A DNA stretch of 62,935 nucleotides, counting the filler, from Parasitella parasitica NRRL 2501 (Eukaryota; Fungi; Mucoromycota), in assembly GCA_025201805.1 (NCBI GenBank). It is 4 parts of 4 records of this genome, joined end to end, with 100 filler letters (N's around TTAATTAATTAA, not from the genome) between each part and the next. Parts side by side here need not be neighbours in the genome. Positions count along the whole stretch, not along the records: positions 19,558 to 38,747 come from MU619428.1; 3 more parts are not named here. One strand, given 5' to 3'. Below, one piece after another: positions 22,323 to 35,680 of the stretch. The notes beneath the pieces were generated by a model. It was given only the letters and a program-made list of their open reading frames with translations. It was not told where the DNA came from and did not search any database. The translations under genes and the position numbers were made by a program. Every line of letters begins with the position of its first letter. Within the stretch, counting starts at the first letter, position 1.

Positions 22323-23897
22323 CTAGTTATTAGTGATGTTATTATTATGAACGGGACGAGATGCGATAGATGAAGTACTAGGATAACCATTTTGTTGATG
22401 ATGGATGGGCTCTAGCGGTGTTGATGTAATATATGAAGGGGTGTATTTTCTGATGATTTTTCTTAATGCATGCGGTAAGGTTTTCCAAGAGAATACCTTG
22501 ACATCCTTTTCAATGTTTCTAGGCTTTGGGTGAGGAAATGACATGATCAGCTTGAAAAAATCTGCACATTCTACTTTGCATTTTGAGACTGTGAGAGGCC
22601 TGAATCCCTCCAAGTTTCTTCTGATTCTGTTTTTTTCTTCCACTGTGAACTGTATCCCGATCAAGCTTTCTAGTAGATAAATACAATCGACGGATGTAAT
22701 GAAATAATCGTTTCTTTCTCTCCAATATATGCATGAAATGACTATAGGCGAAGCGTTATTGGCACCTCCATGTCGATTTCCAGTAAGCATATTGTTCTTG
22801 ATATTGATTCCATTGCTAGAAGGTAAGCTATTCGATGCAGCAGCAGCAGCGGCAGCGGCAGCAGCAACCGCGGCAACATTATCTCTCATACGTTGTTGGT
22901 GATACAGTTGCTGATCCATCGGTTCAAACCCGCATTCAACTAGCGACAGGTTCCCATCTGTTCCCAATGTTGTACGACGCCAGAAATGTACAAGACGACG
23001 ACCAGATTGCCATTCAGGAACTGACCAGTTGGTTATCATATCCATTAAATCACCATTTAGTTTGAGATTTGCTTTATTTAGTGCACAGCTGTTGCTGTTC
23101 ATAGTTTTATAGGAGGTAGTTGATGGCGCTGATGCTCTCCTAGGAACACGAGTTGAGGTGGAAGCATTATAAGGCGAAGATGAACTTTGTGGTTGAAGCC
23201 CTTGGTACTGTTGAGTCTGTCGTTGATTTTCGGTCATGTTGTGGAAAGCACCAGTATTGTAACTCTGATTAGAGTTATTGATACTCTGAACGTAGTTGCT
23301 CATCGCATGCGACATAAAGCTGGGCTGATTTGAATGCATCAAATAAGGGTTGTGTCGTTGTTGTTGCGGTTGTTGCATATCTGGATACATTTTATATATG
23401 TCATTTTTTTGCCCTTGAAATTGTTCTTGTTGCGGATGTGATCTTTTACTATTCAGTAATCCTTGTTGAAGCATCATATGATTCACTGTTAACGGAAATG
23501 CAGGTCTTGCTGATGTGTAGTAATTTGATTGTGTCTGTGGTGGAAGACTATTACTGCTGCCGCTATCACTACCGGATGTTGGGGACAGCCAGGCATGTGT
23601 ACGAGTAGTAGTGCCCAATGAATCATCAGTCGTCAATAGCGGATCGTATGGCGCGAGCAGCTTCAAAAGCTGGGAGTTCACATCTTCAGAATTGTCTTGA
23701 TCTTTTTCTAATCTAACACCGTAATTGTGTTTCTTTTGTGAACCTTCTTCAGGTTCACAAGACAACGCTCTTTTGCGGTTGTTGCTATATGTCATTACTT
23801 GCTCATCTATAATGCGAAGGAAGAAAGGAAAATATATAAGTATCCGACAACAAACATGGTATTCATATATACTTTGGGGAAATAAGCNNNNNNNNNN

Positions 23898-23936
<39 letters not shown>

Positions 23937-24603
23937 TTTTAACAAACAAAGGTCATTTTGAAATTACCTTTAATATATGTAAACTGGCCTATATCCATTG
24001 TATCTATAGCAAGGTCAGGATTATTACGATCAAATAAACAAATAGAAATCTTGACTTCATTTGATTCAGAATGAATTTCTTTCAACGGAGGCACAGAAGC
24101 TGCCAAAGTAATCCAAACTACGTTGCAATCATTACTACTGCTTATCAAAACTTGTTGTTGCTGAGCTGTTTCAACTGTCATTGTGCCAAAGACAATCTTC
24201 ATTGGTGAAACCTCTTCATGATGTTGTAGGACTATTGAAATAATGCTAGAAGATTCATTTCCATCTTGAGGTCCCCATTGTATTACTTTTGGGCAATGTG
24301 AATTAGGATGATGTTGAGGAGAAGCAGAGGCTAAAGAAGATGGGTTGCTAATACCATTAATATCATGGTTTTCATTGCTAAACAGGCCTTGAAAAAACTC
24401 TTCATTTTCTTTGCTTGAATCGTTGCCTGCATCGACATCTTTCAAAAGCATGTCATAATCTGGTTTATTATGTTAGGCATCTACTCACATTCACAATAAC
24501 ATGCAGGTTTACCAAATAATGATTCTGACAAGTCGATATTCATTGACTTTTTATCATCCACTACTGAAGCTACTGAAATGATATCTGTATCAACAATAGT
24601 CAT
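22323..24603 (-). CDS. medA: MedA/Medusa-like developmental regulator (3 exons)
   Basis: C-terminal block ISCIYW...YFITSVDCIYLLE...EEKNRIRRNLEGFRPLTVSK...FFKLIMSFPHPKPRNIEKDVKVFSW, plus LxL.GDL..M..NWS..EW..GRRLV.F.R upstream. GT-AG introns near 24510-24456 and 23967-23807. Confidence 0.85.
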
Positions 24604-26401
24604 CTGCTTTATTAGTTTTAAAAAAAAAGTGATGAAAAAGAGGAAGAAGAGACCACTCAAGATAAGAAACGAGAAGAAAATATACAAAAAAGTTAATTCA
24701 ACAATGGCTCTGATCCCATTAAAAAACACCGCTTCTACATGCTATTTATGAGCAAATATTATTTGCCTAGCTGTTAAAAAAAATCGTCCAAGTTAAACAG
24801 CTCTTTCATCTACGTAACGTGTATCTTTTTATTACTTGCAAACAAACAATGTCAATTAAAAATAGTTGACATTTTGCATATTAAAAAAGTGCCATTTAAA
24901 TATGTAATAATAGCAAAAAATTAAAAAAAAGGAAAATGGTACAATGAGAAGTTTTCTCCTTGGGATTCCAGATATGAGAAGATATGTTAACTTCAAACAT
25001 GTTTAAAGATCAAATCATCTCTAACTCCTTCTTCTTTTCTGTGTCAAGTATTTATATACAGTTAGTGCTAAATAAACCTGGTAATCAGGAAGCAAAGTCG
25101 ATACTATTACGGGATTTCTGCATTTAATTCATTCTCTGATTAAATAGCCCCTTGCAATTGACATGTATACAAGTGAGTTGTCCATGGCAACCATTCTCTG
25201 AGTTTGGTTTTTTGCCATGGGCGCTGCATTTCAATTTCGACAATCTCTGTTTTTTTATGTATGCTGCAGACTTGATGAAAATATAGATCAAAGCTGTACA
25301 AAAAGCATAAAAATATTCATTCTATTCTAGAAGGAGAAGAGAATAAAAGGAGACTGGTATTAACTATAATATATAGTTTGAAAGGCTTGTGTAAATATGT
25401 GTTTATGCTAGTAAATCAGAACCATAAATGCTGCGAGTTTTTTTCATGCTGCTGATTTAACATTTGCCATGTATGTTTATGCGTGTAAACGAGGGATACA
25501 ACATTTTTAACTCGTTCATGTAGTCGCACTTTGTATATCATTGGAAAGTTCTTAATGCATATGTAAATGTTGAATATTTGAATGAATCTTAGCATGGGAG
25601 GAAAGTAAGTGACAAACATTTTTATTTTCTTAACATACAAAACTATAAAAAGAAATGATACTCGTTCTTCAACTCGCCCAAGGATATGTGATAGCTCTCC
25701 TTGGTGATAAGTATATAGAAACAACGCGGGTTTCAATTTAGTGATATATTCATACATGCACATTGTACATGTGTGCGCACATTACAATGGAAAAAAGGAA
25801 GTTTTTTTTAATCAATCTGAATCTCCATTCCATTGGACCAGATGCATATGTCTGCAACACCATATGTAGCGGTATATATTAAATCTGAACATTTTTATAA
25901 TATACACCAGCATTTCTTTTATTTTTTTTCTCATGTAGGCTAAAAAACGGAATGAACGCGTTTTAGCAGGTCAACATGCATGTACGATACAATAATCATT
26001 TGTTGTCGCTATGATAAAAACAAACAATACGGCACATCTGGTTTTCTTCAATAAATCATTTAGACTATAGCATTGTGATTTTAGTAAATCTGCGAATAGG
26101 GATCTTAAAAGTCGTGTGAAAGATCAATGCAGTGTCTTTCTAACCAATTTTCTGCGCATATGTGAAAGGAGCGTTGTTTATTCTGATATAAAAACTCTCG
26201 TTTTTTTTTTCTTCTTTTTTTTAAAAAAAATTGTAGACGCATATATACATGTATATGTATATAAAAGTGAATATAAAATATATATTGTGTATGTGATATC
26301 TTTGTGAGTGTGTGTATATGTATATATGGAGAAAGGAGGAGATTGATAAACGGTATCATTAAAATCAAGAAAAATATAAAAACATACGACGGAATACGAC
26401 T

Positions 26402-28738
26402 TTAGATGAAGGTATTAAAATTCATGTGACCCATCAAGTCTATCTTGCTGGAATTGTGATGATCATTGCTATCGCTGTTACTGTTACTATTGCTAATAGC
26501 GCTGCTATGCACATTCAATGGTAAAATTGACAATGAGGTTGATGAGGGTAATGTTGACTTTAGCTGCGCGTTATCAGCTCCTATATTAGTTGATTGATTC
26601 GCGTCACTGCCGGCAGTAACAAGCATTCCATTGTTGCTGTTACTATTCGGCGAATCGATGGCTACACTTGATAAGGAATCGCGATGATATGGGAGCCAAT
26701 TATTAGATGATGTTGACGGTGTTGATGGTGAAGATAAAATCTCATTTTTAATTTGCGCAATCATCTTGGGGTTATTGGGATTATCTACATCGTTATTGTT
26801 GGTTGCAATGCCTGTTGTTAGTGTGGACGGAGAAGATGAGGCTGGGTTTCCATGAAAAAAAAAGTTATTAGGTCTTGGGGTTGTAGCAACTGCAGAGCCG
26901 TTCGTTGTGATGTTGTTGCTTTGCATTTGATACATCGCGCGATGATTGGTTGGAACAAGACGAGGTGTATTTACAGGCGAACTTTGATTCAACTGTCGTT
27001 GCGGTTGGATGCTGTAGTTGGCGTTATTAAAAGGAGAGGAAGATAAGCTGGGCATAGTGGTACACACCGTACTCATGTAACCACCTGCTGCTGCTGGCTC
27101 TTGGATTGTGCTTTGTTTCACAGATTGTTTTGTAATGCCTAGCGCACCTTCTAAATGTTGGATACGTATTTGTTGTTCATCGATTTGAATCTGAGCAGTG
27201 CTCAACTGTTCTTTAAAATAAGCATGCATCTTTTCATAGTGTTGTTTCATGTGGTATAACTGTAATCGGAGTTCCTGGCCGCGCAACAAGGGTTGGTGAA
27301 GTTTTTGTTGTTGTTCAAAATGCTGTTGATGTTGCAGCTGCTGCTGCTTTTGCTGCATGTTGACTACTAAGCCATTATCTATTATCCTGTCATCGGCATT
27401 ATCCGATGGTGGGAGATCATCTCGTTGCAACATGTGAGTATTAATACTACTGTGGACCAATGTCGGAGTAGCCATGGCATGATAATCATTGGTTGCAGGC
27501 ATATTAATATTTGTGTCCACAGTCAAGGGAATAGCTTTAGGATTCAGTATTCTTGGTGAATTAGTTGATGTTGTCGTCGTCGTAGTTGTTGTTGTCACGG
27601 TAACCGGCTCTTGGAATCCTAGTTGTAATTGTGATGATGTTGAATCATAATCAATAGGTTGCATGGATTGAGTTGCGGACGAGGCCGAAGATGAACGACG
27701 ACCATCGTGCTCATCGTTACTCACTATTAGGATCATGTTTTCTTGGTTTTCTTCATCGAGTTCCGATTCATCAGCTGAACCCAAGTTAAGGATAGTTTCA
27801 GGGTCGTCGTCGTTGGAAGCCTTTGTCTTTCTTTTTCTGGAATAACGAGTTGCTTTTCTTCGAATTAAATGAAATAAATCGCCACGATCAGGTCTGAAGC
27901 ATGGGTGATACCATCGGCAGGATTCCTTATCTTTTGTATCTTTAGACTTTCTTGCATCTGTATCTCTTTGGAATCCGTAGATCTATGTTGGGGGGGGGGG
28001 AGTTAGGGAGCATTAGATGTGCCTTCTTCATAGACTACCAAGTACCTACATTAAGTTGGCGTACAAACGATGGAAATTTACAATGCTTGAAATAACGCGG
28101 TAAAACAAACTGAGTGAATTCTAGATGCATACTGCCGTTAAAAAAAAAAAAAAAAAAAATACAGCAAAACATGTAGATATGATTTACCTGGTATACAGTC
28201 TATAATAAACATGTCTTTCCCTTCATGTTGGCACCACCTTGCATATTTTGGGTTGTTATCTACAGATTGAAGACATCTAAGATGGATAAGTTAAAATTGC
28301 AATGATATTATGAAAATATTAAAAACAAGGGGAAATAGAAAAAAAAAGGGGGGGGGCAACAAACGACACATACTGATAAAGCTTTGACACAAAATTAGCA
28401 ATACCACGTTCTGAATGGGGCGCTGGGTGATGGATTTGTTGATGGTGTATAGGCTGATGTTGTGCGTAATTGCTGTTCAAAAGATGCTGTTGCCGGTGGT
28501 GGAGCATCTGTGGCTGATTCCAAGGGTCATGGATCGAGCGAGGTGGGCGAGTACTCAACAACATTATGGAAGAGCGTGGATCTTCATCGTCTGCGTTTGG
28601 AGAGTTGCCATCGAACATGATGCAGGAAATATCAGATCTCTCATTGAACATTGGGTAAGTTCTATAATCTGCGGATGCTGAAGTTACATTGGAGGATTGA
28701 TCCTGTCTTGAGTCTGTGTACGCTAGTGGGTAGTCCAT
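26402..28738 (-). CDS. HSF-type DNA-binding-domain transcription factor (multi-exon)
   Basis: Spliced HSF domain: NFVSKLYQ / YARW...DMFII / FTQFVLPRYFKHCKFPSFVRQLN / IYGFQR...WYHPCFRPDRGDLFHLIRRK. Followed by a coiled coil and an S/N/Q-rich tail. Confidence 0.9.
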
Positions 28739-28984
28739 TGTGCTTCTTTATAAAAAGATACAGATAAAGGGGGAGAAAGGAGAATTGGGGAATTGGAGAG
28801 AATAAAAAGCGAAAGAAAGAAAGCTCGTAAACATGTTCCTTTTTACCACAGCTTTGATTCAAACAACAAAGCAGGTGACGTGCGTTTACTGAATGATAAG
28901 CTCAATCAATGCTTTTTCCCACTGGTTTATCCCTGGTTTGCGTTACATTGCAAACATAATATTATAGCATGATGTTGCCCTAAA

Positions 28985-29060
<76 letters not shown>

Positions 29061-30079
29061 TATATTTTATTTATTATCATCGTATACAGTGTTAGTACGA
29101 CATGGTAAGTGCGTACATATATAAATTCGGCAGATATATTGCGATTAAAAGGATATGAGAAATCTCGCTGCCCAAATGTGCGCTGTTGTGCTATTTTAGA
29201 GAATCATCCCTATCTCTCTTGTATTTTAAGAGAATCAATTGACAATTTTATTACAAGCGTTTACAAATAAAACTATGCCAGTCTACACATTTGTTTATTG
29301 TTAGCTCGACCCACTATCAAGAAAGTAAAGGATTGGAGTGTACATCATTATGCGCGCGAATATGACCTGCATCAGATATACAACTATACTGTAAAAGCGC
29401 TTGAATAATTCAGGAGCTTCAATTCCTTTGGAAAGTGCGAAAAACTCAAGAAAAACCCCATAGGCTAGCTTGCATGGCCGTAGTTTCTGTATAGAGCTAT
29501 TCTATGCATTAGCTCCCGATTATGAAATTCCATAGCATACAAATTTCAGGAGACTGCTCTGAATTAACAAGAGTCTATCTGGTTGTAAAAGTTGGTAAAT
29601 GATACTTCACAGAGTTCCAGACACCAGAAAGAAATTACATGATGCAAAGAATAGTTTGGGGCAGATCTAGGCTTGTGTAGCAAGTAGGGATTGGTATTGA
29701 GTTCGACCTTTGAGGAATATTGTATGTATAGCCTAGAGATTGGCTTAAACTCCACATGGTGGTTGAGTCTGTATTTGGCTTGAATTATCATTCGGCTACC
29801 AAGCATCAAGCATCTATAGCTGAAATTGGCATCAAGCATTTAATTTTATTTGCTTTTAAATGGGATGGTTTTGCCAAGTCGAGCTACATAGCTAGGATTT
29901 TATACGCCATTGACGCATGGATAGCTACTTTATCGACACTGTAATTTTTTGATATGATGATGTTGACACCCAATTGGGTGAGAGTAACAGCTTTGATGAC
30001 CAAAAAAAAACAGTAGCAACCAGCAGAAATATTTCTTTTCTTTTCTATCCTCTGCCATTTGGAAAATACATAAATCAAG

Positions 30080-31911
<1,832 letters not shown>

Positions 31912-32069
31912 AAGCAAATATATATTTTATATGAATATAATATTCTCTGTATAAATTTTTTGAAGCTATGCTTTATTCTGTGCAAAATAATTGCTTCTAT
32001 AGCTCCATGAATACTCGTCAAAAGTACTCACAAATTTGTTGTTACCGTAGATTGTACCAAGGTCCCTTA

Positions 32070-33050
32070 AATCACCGAACAGCTCTGTGGAGGGTAATTT
32101 TTCAAAGTACTTGGGCTGCCATGCCTCTTCATCTCCACGCTCTTCACGAACAGAACAGCTCTCTGTTCATTTTCAATCTCGGTTTTCTCAGCAGATGCTG
32201 GGGCGTAATCACCTGCTTTAAGTGCTTGAGATACCTTTATATCAAATATTTTGAGATTCCAAATTTGTTTGCTCTGAAATAGACTTAACAAGAACGCAAG
32301 GTCTTGCTCTTTCACCAACATCAAGGAATACCCCCAATATCTTGTTTATCTTGTTTATCTTGTTTATCTTTTTTGATTGTCGATTTACCTGACCATTGGC
32401 CTTCAATAGTAGTTGGCGTCTTTAACTGTGATAGATGACGTACATTTGCTTTAAAATGAGGAAGCTCTCCGTAAACCCATTCTTTCGTCGTATAATAAAT
32501 GATAGCATGAAAGCCTGTAGAGGGCTGGATGTATGATGTGCCGAATAACTCAACGTAAGGAGCTATGTATCTAGAGATATCCTAGTTAGTATTTTTTTTC
32601 CCGTCACTGCTCTTGATTTCCAAACTTACCAGCATACCAAATACCTTTAACTGAAATAGAAGGAAGCGAAAATAGGTATCTTTCACCGTGTAGCCTCATT
32701 TCGAGCATGCAGTACCTTATTTGATCTATTAACATCTGAGTGCCGGAAAAGCGAGTCTTTTGAGCATCACTGACAGTAACAGATATACCAGAGGCTGTAT
32801 GTTCAATAACAAAGGCGGATACAGGAGGAGGATAAGATACCTGTTCACAAATAGCCTGGGTATCATTATCCTAACTGCAGAAACACTGTTCTCCGAGAAT
32901 AGGATTGAATGATTTTTTCTCCTACTGGCCTGCAGACACAATGCTTTTAAATGATCCAATCAAAGCAGTAATGAACCATTTAATGGCATTGTGGAAACGT
33001 TCCTTCTCTGTTTCTCGACTACCAGCAGTAACCAGCTATATACAAGAAAA
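32070..33050 (-). pseudogene. Oxysterol-binding protein (Kes1/Osh4-like) pseudogene
   Basis: Fragments EKKSFNPILGEQCFCS, TIEGQWSGKS and KVSQALKAGDYAPASAEKTEIENEQRA in different frames with stops; a GTAAGT...CTAG intron is retained near 32630-32582. Confidence 0.75.
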
Positions 33051-33993
33051 AATTGTTTTATCGAAATAATATGTAGTTTGCCAATACCCGCATAATCTGG
33101 TTGATCAGCCCTATACGAGTTACATAGTAGAAATAATACGCATTGTTTAACGTAATGCATCGTTTTAAAAACGAAAAAATTCGCTTACGAATATTCCTGC
33201 AAGTTTTCAGATGCCAAAAAAAAAAAACTATGACATGTCAATTGCGATAAGTCTCTTGTAAATGAAGATAATATTTTCAAGAAAGAAGTAAACTTCTTTT
33301 TTGATCGGCAGAATGAAATCTAATCTATCAGTTTTGAGTCAAAATAGTTGTATGCAGAAAAGAAGCATGTTGTATTCAAGGTTTATCAAATTACCCAACG
33401 GAAGCAGATTACCAATATTCCGTTAAATCGACCCCTGTATCTACTGCTCTACTTATATTGTGTGTTATTTTCCTTTAGAAACACTCGTGTAAGCAAAAAG
33501 GTCATTCATTATAACATGGTATCACATATCCGGGGTGTTTATTCAATCTTTATTTTCCTAGCAATGCGTGGGACGTGACACACGAACAAGGAAGCGAGGA
33601 GCCCATTTGAAAACCGTGCTACAGCTATCAATAAGCCTATTTTTGTTGTGTAAATTAGCTTATGTGTTCAAATATAGCAGCAAGCAGGGCTCATTTATTA
33701 TTGTTGCTTACATGGTAGAAGCTTCGAAAAATATACCCTGAGTGTTTATGAAGCAAGCAGCAAAAATAAGCTCACTATATCATAGATTCAAATCTAAAGT
33801 ATGTGCATCTTTCGGATATAAAAAAATAAAGCGTAGGATTTCAAAAATGCAATTCGCCCACTTCGCAATCTAATGCGTTGCATTATGACAAGAGAATTTA
33901 TTAAATGTATTTCATGGATAGTGACATGTCAACTATTACGTACTTTTCTTCAGGTTATCATAGAAGAACCAAAAAAACGTAAATAGGCCTGTT

Positions 33994-34199
33994 TGTGGAA
34001 ATGCTGTGATTTAGTTATGTTTGACACTTTCTGTCAAACATCAGATGTTATGTGGATAAACATTGATTACAATATATTTTAGTATTATGTCAATAAAAAT
34101 CTTCGGTTTTGCATCTGGTTTTATTCAGAAGAAAGTCTTTATCAGTTTTTACATAACATTTACACAACACTCTGCTGCGCCCTTTACATTGGCACAACA
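33994..34199 (-). mobile_element. Short LTR (~206 bp, TGTTGTGCC family)
   Basis: Minus-strand TGTTGTG...CCACA ends; homologous to 20008-20195 and 13951-14059; abuts the truncated gag; no TSD. Confidence 0.7.
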
Positions 34200-35477
34200 A
34201 GCACCACCAGCGTTACCTTCAAAACGCTCACACTCGGGAGGTATTATCGTTGTGAGGACGGCCCTCATGATACTTGCAGGTTTTTTTCTTCGAAGCAGCC
34301 TTGGAGACTCGCGACAAGGAATCACCTAGAACCGGGATAGCCTTTTCTGACGAAGGCTTAGACGCCCATTTCGAAGCAGAAAAAACTAGAAACAACAGCA
34401 GGAGGCGACAACTTACTGACCATCATGTCAGCCACTTCAGCAGGCGACATCGATCCAACAAGATTTCGGGTGATCTGAATGATTTTGTCTACCGAAATGT
34501 CCTCATTAATCCCACGACTATGGCGGATAAGATTCACCTTTTCCTTAAGACTGGGCGGCAAAGCATTCATGAAACGAGTTACCAACAAGAGAGACTGCGG
34601 GACTTGATTATGCGATCGACGACGCAAATCATTGAATCGATCAACGAACGATTCAATCGACTCACCAGGCACCAAGACCATTGCCATCAAGCCAGATGCA
34701 CAAGGTTGGTGGTCATCGAAAACACTTGTCCCTTAACAAGCCTTAAAGGCAGTCTTGAATGCGATCCAAGATGTAGACTCCTTACAATTAGCCAAGAACG
34801 ACTGATACCAAGTACGCTGGGTAAGTGACAGCATAGGAGGAACCAGACGACAATACTCAACATCAAAATTCAGGTTGTATGCGAACATGACATCCTCGAG
34901 CTTGGTGAGACAACCATCAACATCAACGAAAACAGCACTCTTTATATCAAAGACAGCACCTTCCCATTGAATTACAGGCAAATTGTTGGTGGCAGACTGC
35001 ACTAGAAGAACTAGCAGGAGAAGGCCTAAGACAACGTTCAGCAGCATTAGATGCCAACAAACAGTCTCTCAAAGCGACCAGGTTCTCCACAGACTTGAAC
35101 AAGGATTCCAACTCACGAACAACAGACTGCCGGACAGCACCATTTGTAGCAGAAACCTTTGCAGAGGCAAGCACTTGAAGCATAGGCTGATTCAGATTTT
35201 CTTTCAACTGAATTAATTGACGGTCAGGGTCAACAGTACTTCCAATTGACGAAAGTGGATGGCTATCGATATCCACAGCAGTAGACAACGCGGGAATCAC
35301 ATCATTAATACGGCCAATATCAACAGGAGAAGCAAAAACTGACTGTTCACCAGAATAGGTAGAACCAAAAAAAGTAGCACAAGCCTCAGCAGTAGTATTT
35401 GAACCGGAAGAAGTAGCAGAAGACTTAACAAAACTACACAACGACAAAAACGTAAGGAATCCAGAATATTTATGCAT
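34200..35477 (-). pseudogene. Retrotransposon gag remnant (Ty3/gypsy-like), frameshifted, pol missing
   Basis: NLPVIQWEG...WYQSFL...SWIAFKTAFKA, GESIESFVDRFNDLRR, RFMNALP, and a knuckle-like CKYH...H...EC near 34280-34235; LTR directly upstream. Confidence 0.75.
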
Positions 35478-35680
35478 ATTTCAAATATTCCGATACAACG
35501 AAAAGAGACTGTTTTGACAAAAAATCGGATACAGCCGCTAGATGTGTTTTTATATAATGAGGACTTACCTCAGATACCAGCACTAAAAGTGTTGCCTTGT
35601 ATAAGAGACCTATGAAATAACATAACAGAGACTTGTTGTAAATCCACAGCTTTCAACTGTTGTATCCGGCAACAATTTTG
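35470..35680 (-). mobile_element. 5' LTR of the gag element (right limit approximate)
   Basis: After removing 35510-35627 it aligns with 5939-6015 (ATATTTCAAATATT...AAAAGAGACTTGT...CACAGCTTTCAACTG). Confidence 0.65.
35510..35627. mobile_element. 118-bp solo LTR nested in the LTR above
   Basis: TGTTTTG...CATAACA ends; 5-bp TSD GAGAC (35505-09 and 35628-32); the empty site is visible in the copy at ~5970. Confidence 0.85.

Noticed and set aside
28988-29057. 70-nt poly-T, and poly-A runs such as ~51194-51256
   Set aside because: No TSD or element body; in a promoter or intron, and lengths are unreliable in this assembly.
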